Source of the DNA: a virus
Strand: one strand, 5' to 3'
DNA: 64,000 nt
Virus record (IMG/VR): IMGVR_UViG_3300032073_000008
Location: 46,318 to 110,317 of that record
A model generated the notes under the pieces. It was given only the letters and a program-made list of their open reading frames with translations, did not search any database and was not told where the DNA came from. The position numbers were made by a program, and so were the translations under genes. Positions 62,961 through 64,000 of the stretch are shown here, in pieces. Every line of letters starts with the position of its first letter. The stretch's first letter is position 1.

Positions 62961-63619
62961 ACCTCTATTGATTCTTTATATTTGGCTATTGTCTGAATAC
63001 ACTCACCGATATAGTTGTCTCTCTTTTCGATGAACACTTGCGGTTTTGGTTCATTCTCAACCGCAATGACAATAACAATTTGATCAACAGGTATCTTCGT
63101 TCTTTCTTCAAACATAACACAGTATGCTGAAGCCTGCTGGAAATAATTTCCGATGTATTCTTTTTTCTTTAACTTCGATGCGGTCTTGTAGTCAATGATT
63201 GACAACCGACCATTAAACTCTGCTACACAGTCAACACGACCAGCAATACCCAGATAGTCTGAGTACAAAGGACACTCTTGAGCGTATACTAATCCGATCG
63301 ATTCATCAAGAACCGATTTGACTGATTTGAACATTGCTTTTTCATGTGGAAGAAATTTAGTCATGTCAAGCTCATTGTTGACATAGTCTTCACACATCTG
63401 GTGAACATTAGTTCCTCGTCTTGCTGCTTGTGTGGAGATGCGGTTGGCTTCATCCTCGCCAACACGCTGTCTCCAAGCAGCAATTGCTTCTTTTGACAGA
63501 ACACTTAGGACTGTCGTGATACTTGGATATGAACCTTTTGGTGTCACATAATGACGCTTACCATTAATTGTTTCAGTATCAAGCTCAGTAAAATCTATCT
63601 TTTTATGTTCAAACATCAT
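62957..63619 (-). CDS. PD-(D/E)XK exonuclease
   Basis: YPSITTVL, RGTNVH, AGRVDC, IIDYKTA, YFQQASAY. Confidence 0.88.
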   Translation of the reverse strand: MMFEHKKIDFTELDTETINGKRHYVTPKGSYPSITTVLSVLSKEAIAAWRQRVGEDEANRISTQAARRGTNVHQMCEDYVNNELDMTKFLPHEKAMFKSVKSVLDESIGLVYAQECPLYSDYLGIAGRVDCVAEFNGRLSIIDYKTASKLKKKEYIGNYFQQASAYCVMFEERTKIPVDQIVIVIAVENEPKPQVFIEKRDNYIGECIQTIAKYKESIEV

Positions 63620-63689
63620 GTAAATCTCTCACCGTTAATATCTAATTTTAGCTCATATATCAAAAAAAGCAAAGCAACTATTTGTCTAT

Positions 63690-64000
63690 TTAGCTATATA
63701 CTCCCATTTCATAGCATGTTTCGAGATACTCTCGAACAAAATCGGATCGAACGATATCTTGTGGTCCAAAGTCAATGCTCTGAAAAGACTCCATCTTTGA
63801 TAGTATCTTTGTAAACTTAGAGCAACCTGATTCGGTGCTGTATCGTTCGCTTGTTAAATCGTCTTGCTTGCCATCACCTGAGAATATAATTCTTGAGTTT
63901 TCACCCACTCTAGTGATAACAGTATTTAATTCCCCCCATGAAAGATTCTGGAATTCATCAACAATTACAATCGCATCATCCCATGTTTGACCACGAATAA
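63690..64000 (-). CDS. phoH: PhoH-like protein, 3' part (runs off the right edge)
   Basis: IRGQTWDDAIVIVDEFQNL...ITRVGENSRIIFSGDGKQDDL...DIVRSDFVREY. Confidence 0.9.
   Translation of the reverse strand, partial: IRGQTWDDAIVIVDEFQNLSWGELNTVITRVGENSRIIFSGDGKQDDLTSERYSTESGCSKFTKILSKMESFQSIDFGPQDIVRSDFVREYLETCYEMGVYS

Noticed and set aside
62957-63619. Cas4 / CRISPR adaptation gene
   Set aside because: Lacks the Cas4 Fe-S cysteine cluster, has no array or cas neighbours, and matches the ordinary T4-like exonuclease next to phoH.

Overview
A 64-kb segment of an AT-rich T4-like (large myovirus) phage genome, probably marine and probably infecting a proteobacterium (inferred from the IscU type, consensus sigma70 promoters and absence of recognisable MotA boxes). 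It holds nearly the whole virion morphogenesis region, mostly on the minus strand. That region comprises the head (gp23, 22, 21, 20), tail (gp19, 18, 15, 3), neck (gp13, 14), terminase (gp16, 17), baseplate (gp8, 7, 6, 25, PAAR, 5, 53, 48, 26, 51), large fibre genes and a tape-measure-like gene. It is flanked by uvsY on the left and by gp32, gp59, gp33, a SleB hydrolase, an exonuclease and phoH on the right. TATAAATA late promoters are frequent. Main highlight: a candidate phage collagen-modification system. A 624-aa fusion of a GT25 (COLGALT-like) domain, a PLOD/LH3-type glycosyltransferase domain and a lysyl-hydroxylase domain is translationally coupled to a methyltransferase and a second glycosyltransferase. 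The same window encodes a tail fibre whose proline-free collagen segments are almost entirely Gly-X-Lys, the lysyl-hydroxylase substrate motif. Other highlights: a glutamine (glnA-type) riboswitch in front of a 32-aa YRGV peptide in its own late transcription unit, a likely -1 frameshift fusing gp26 to gp51, a second slippery ORF before gp5, IscU and an Hc1-like gene inside the baseplate operon, an AurF-like diiron enzyme, and an orphan antisense sigma70 promoter. All assignments come from motif recognition and synteny by eye; no database searches were run.
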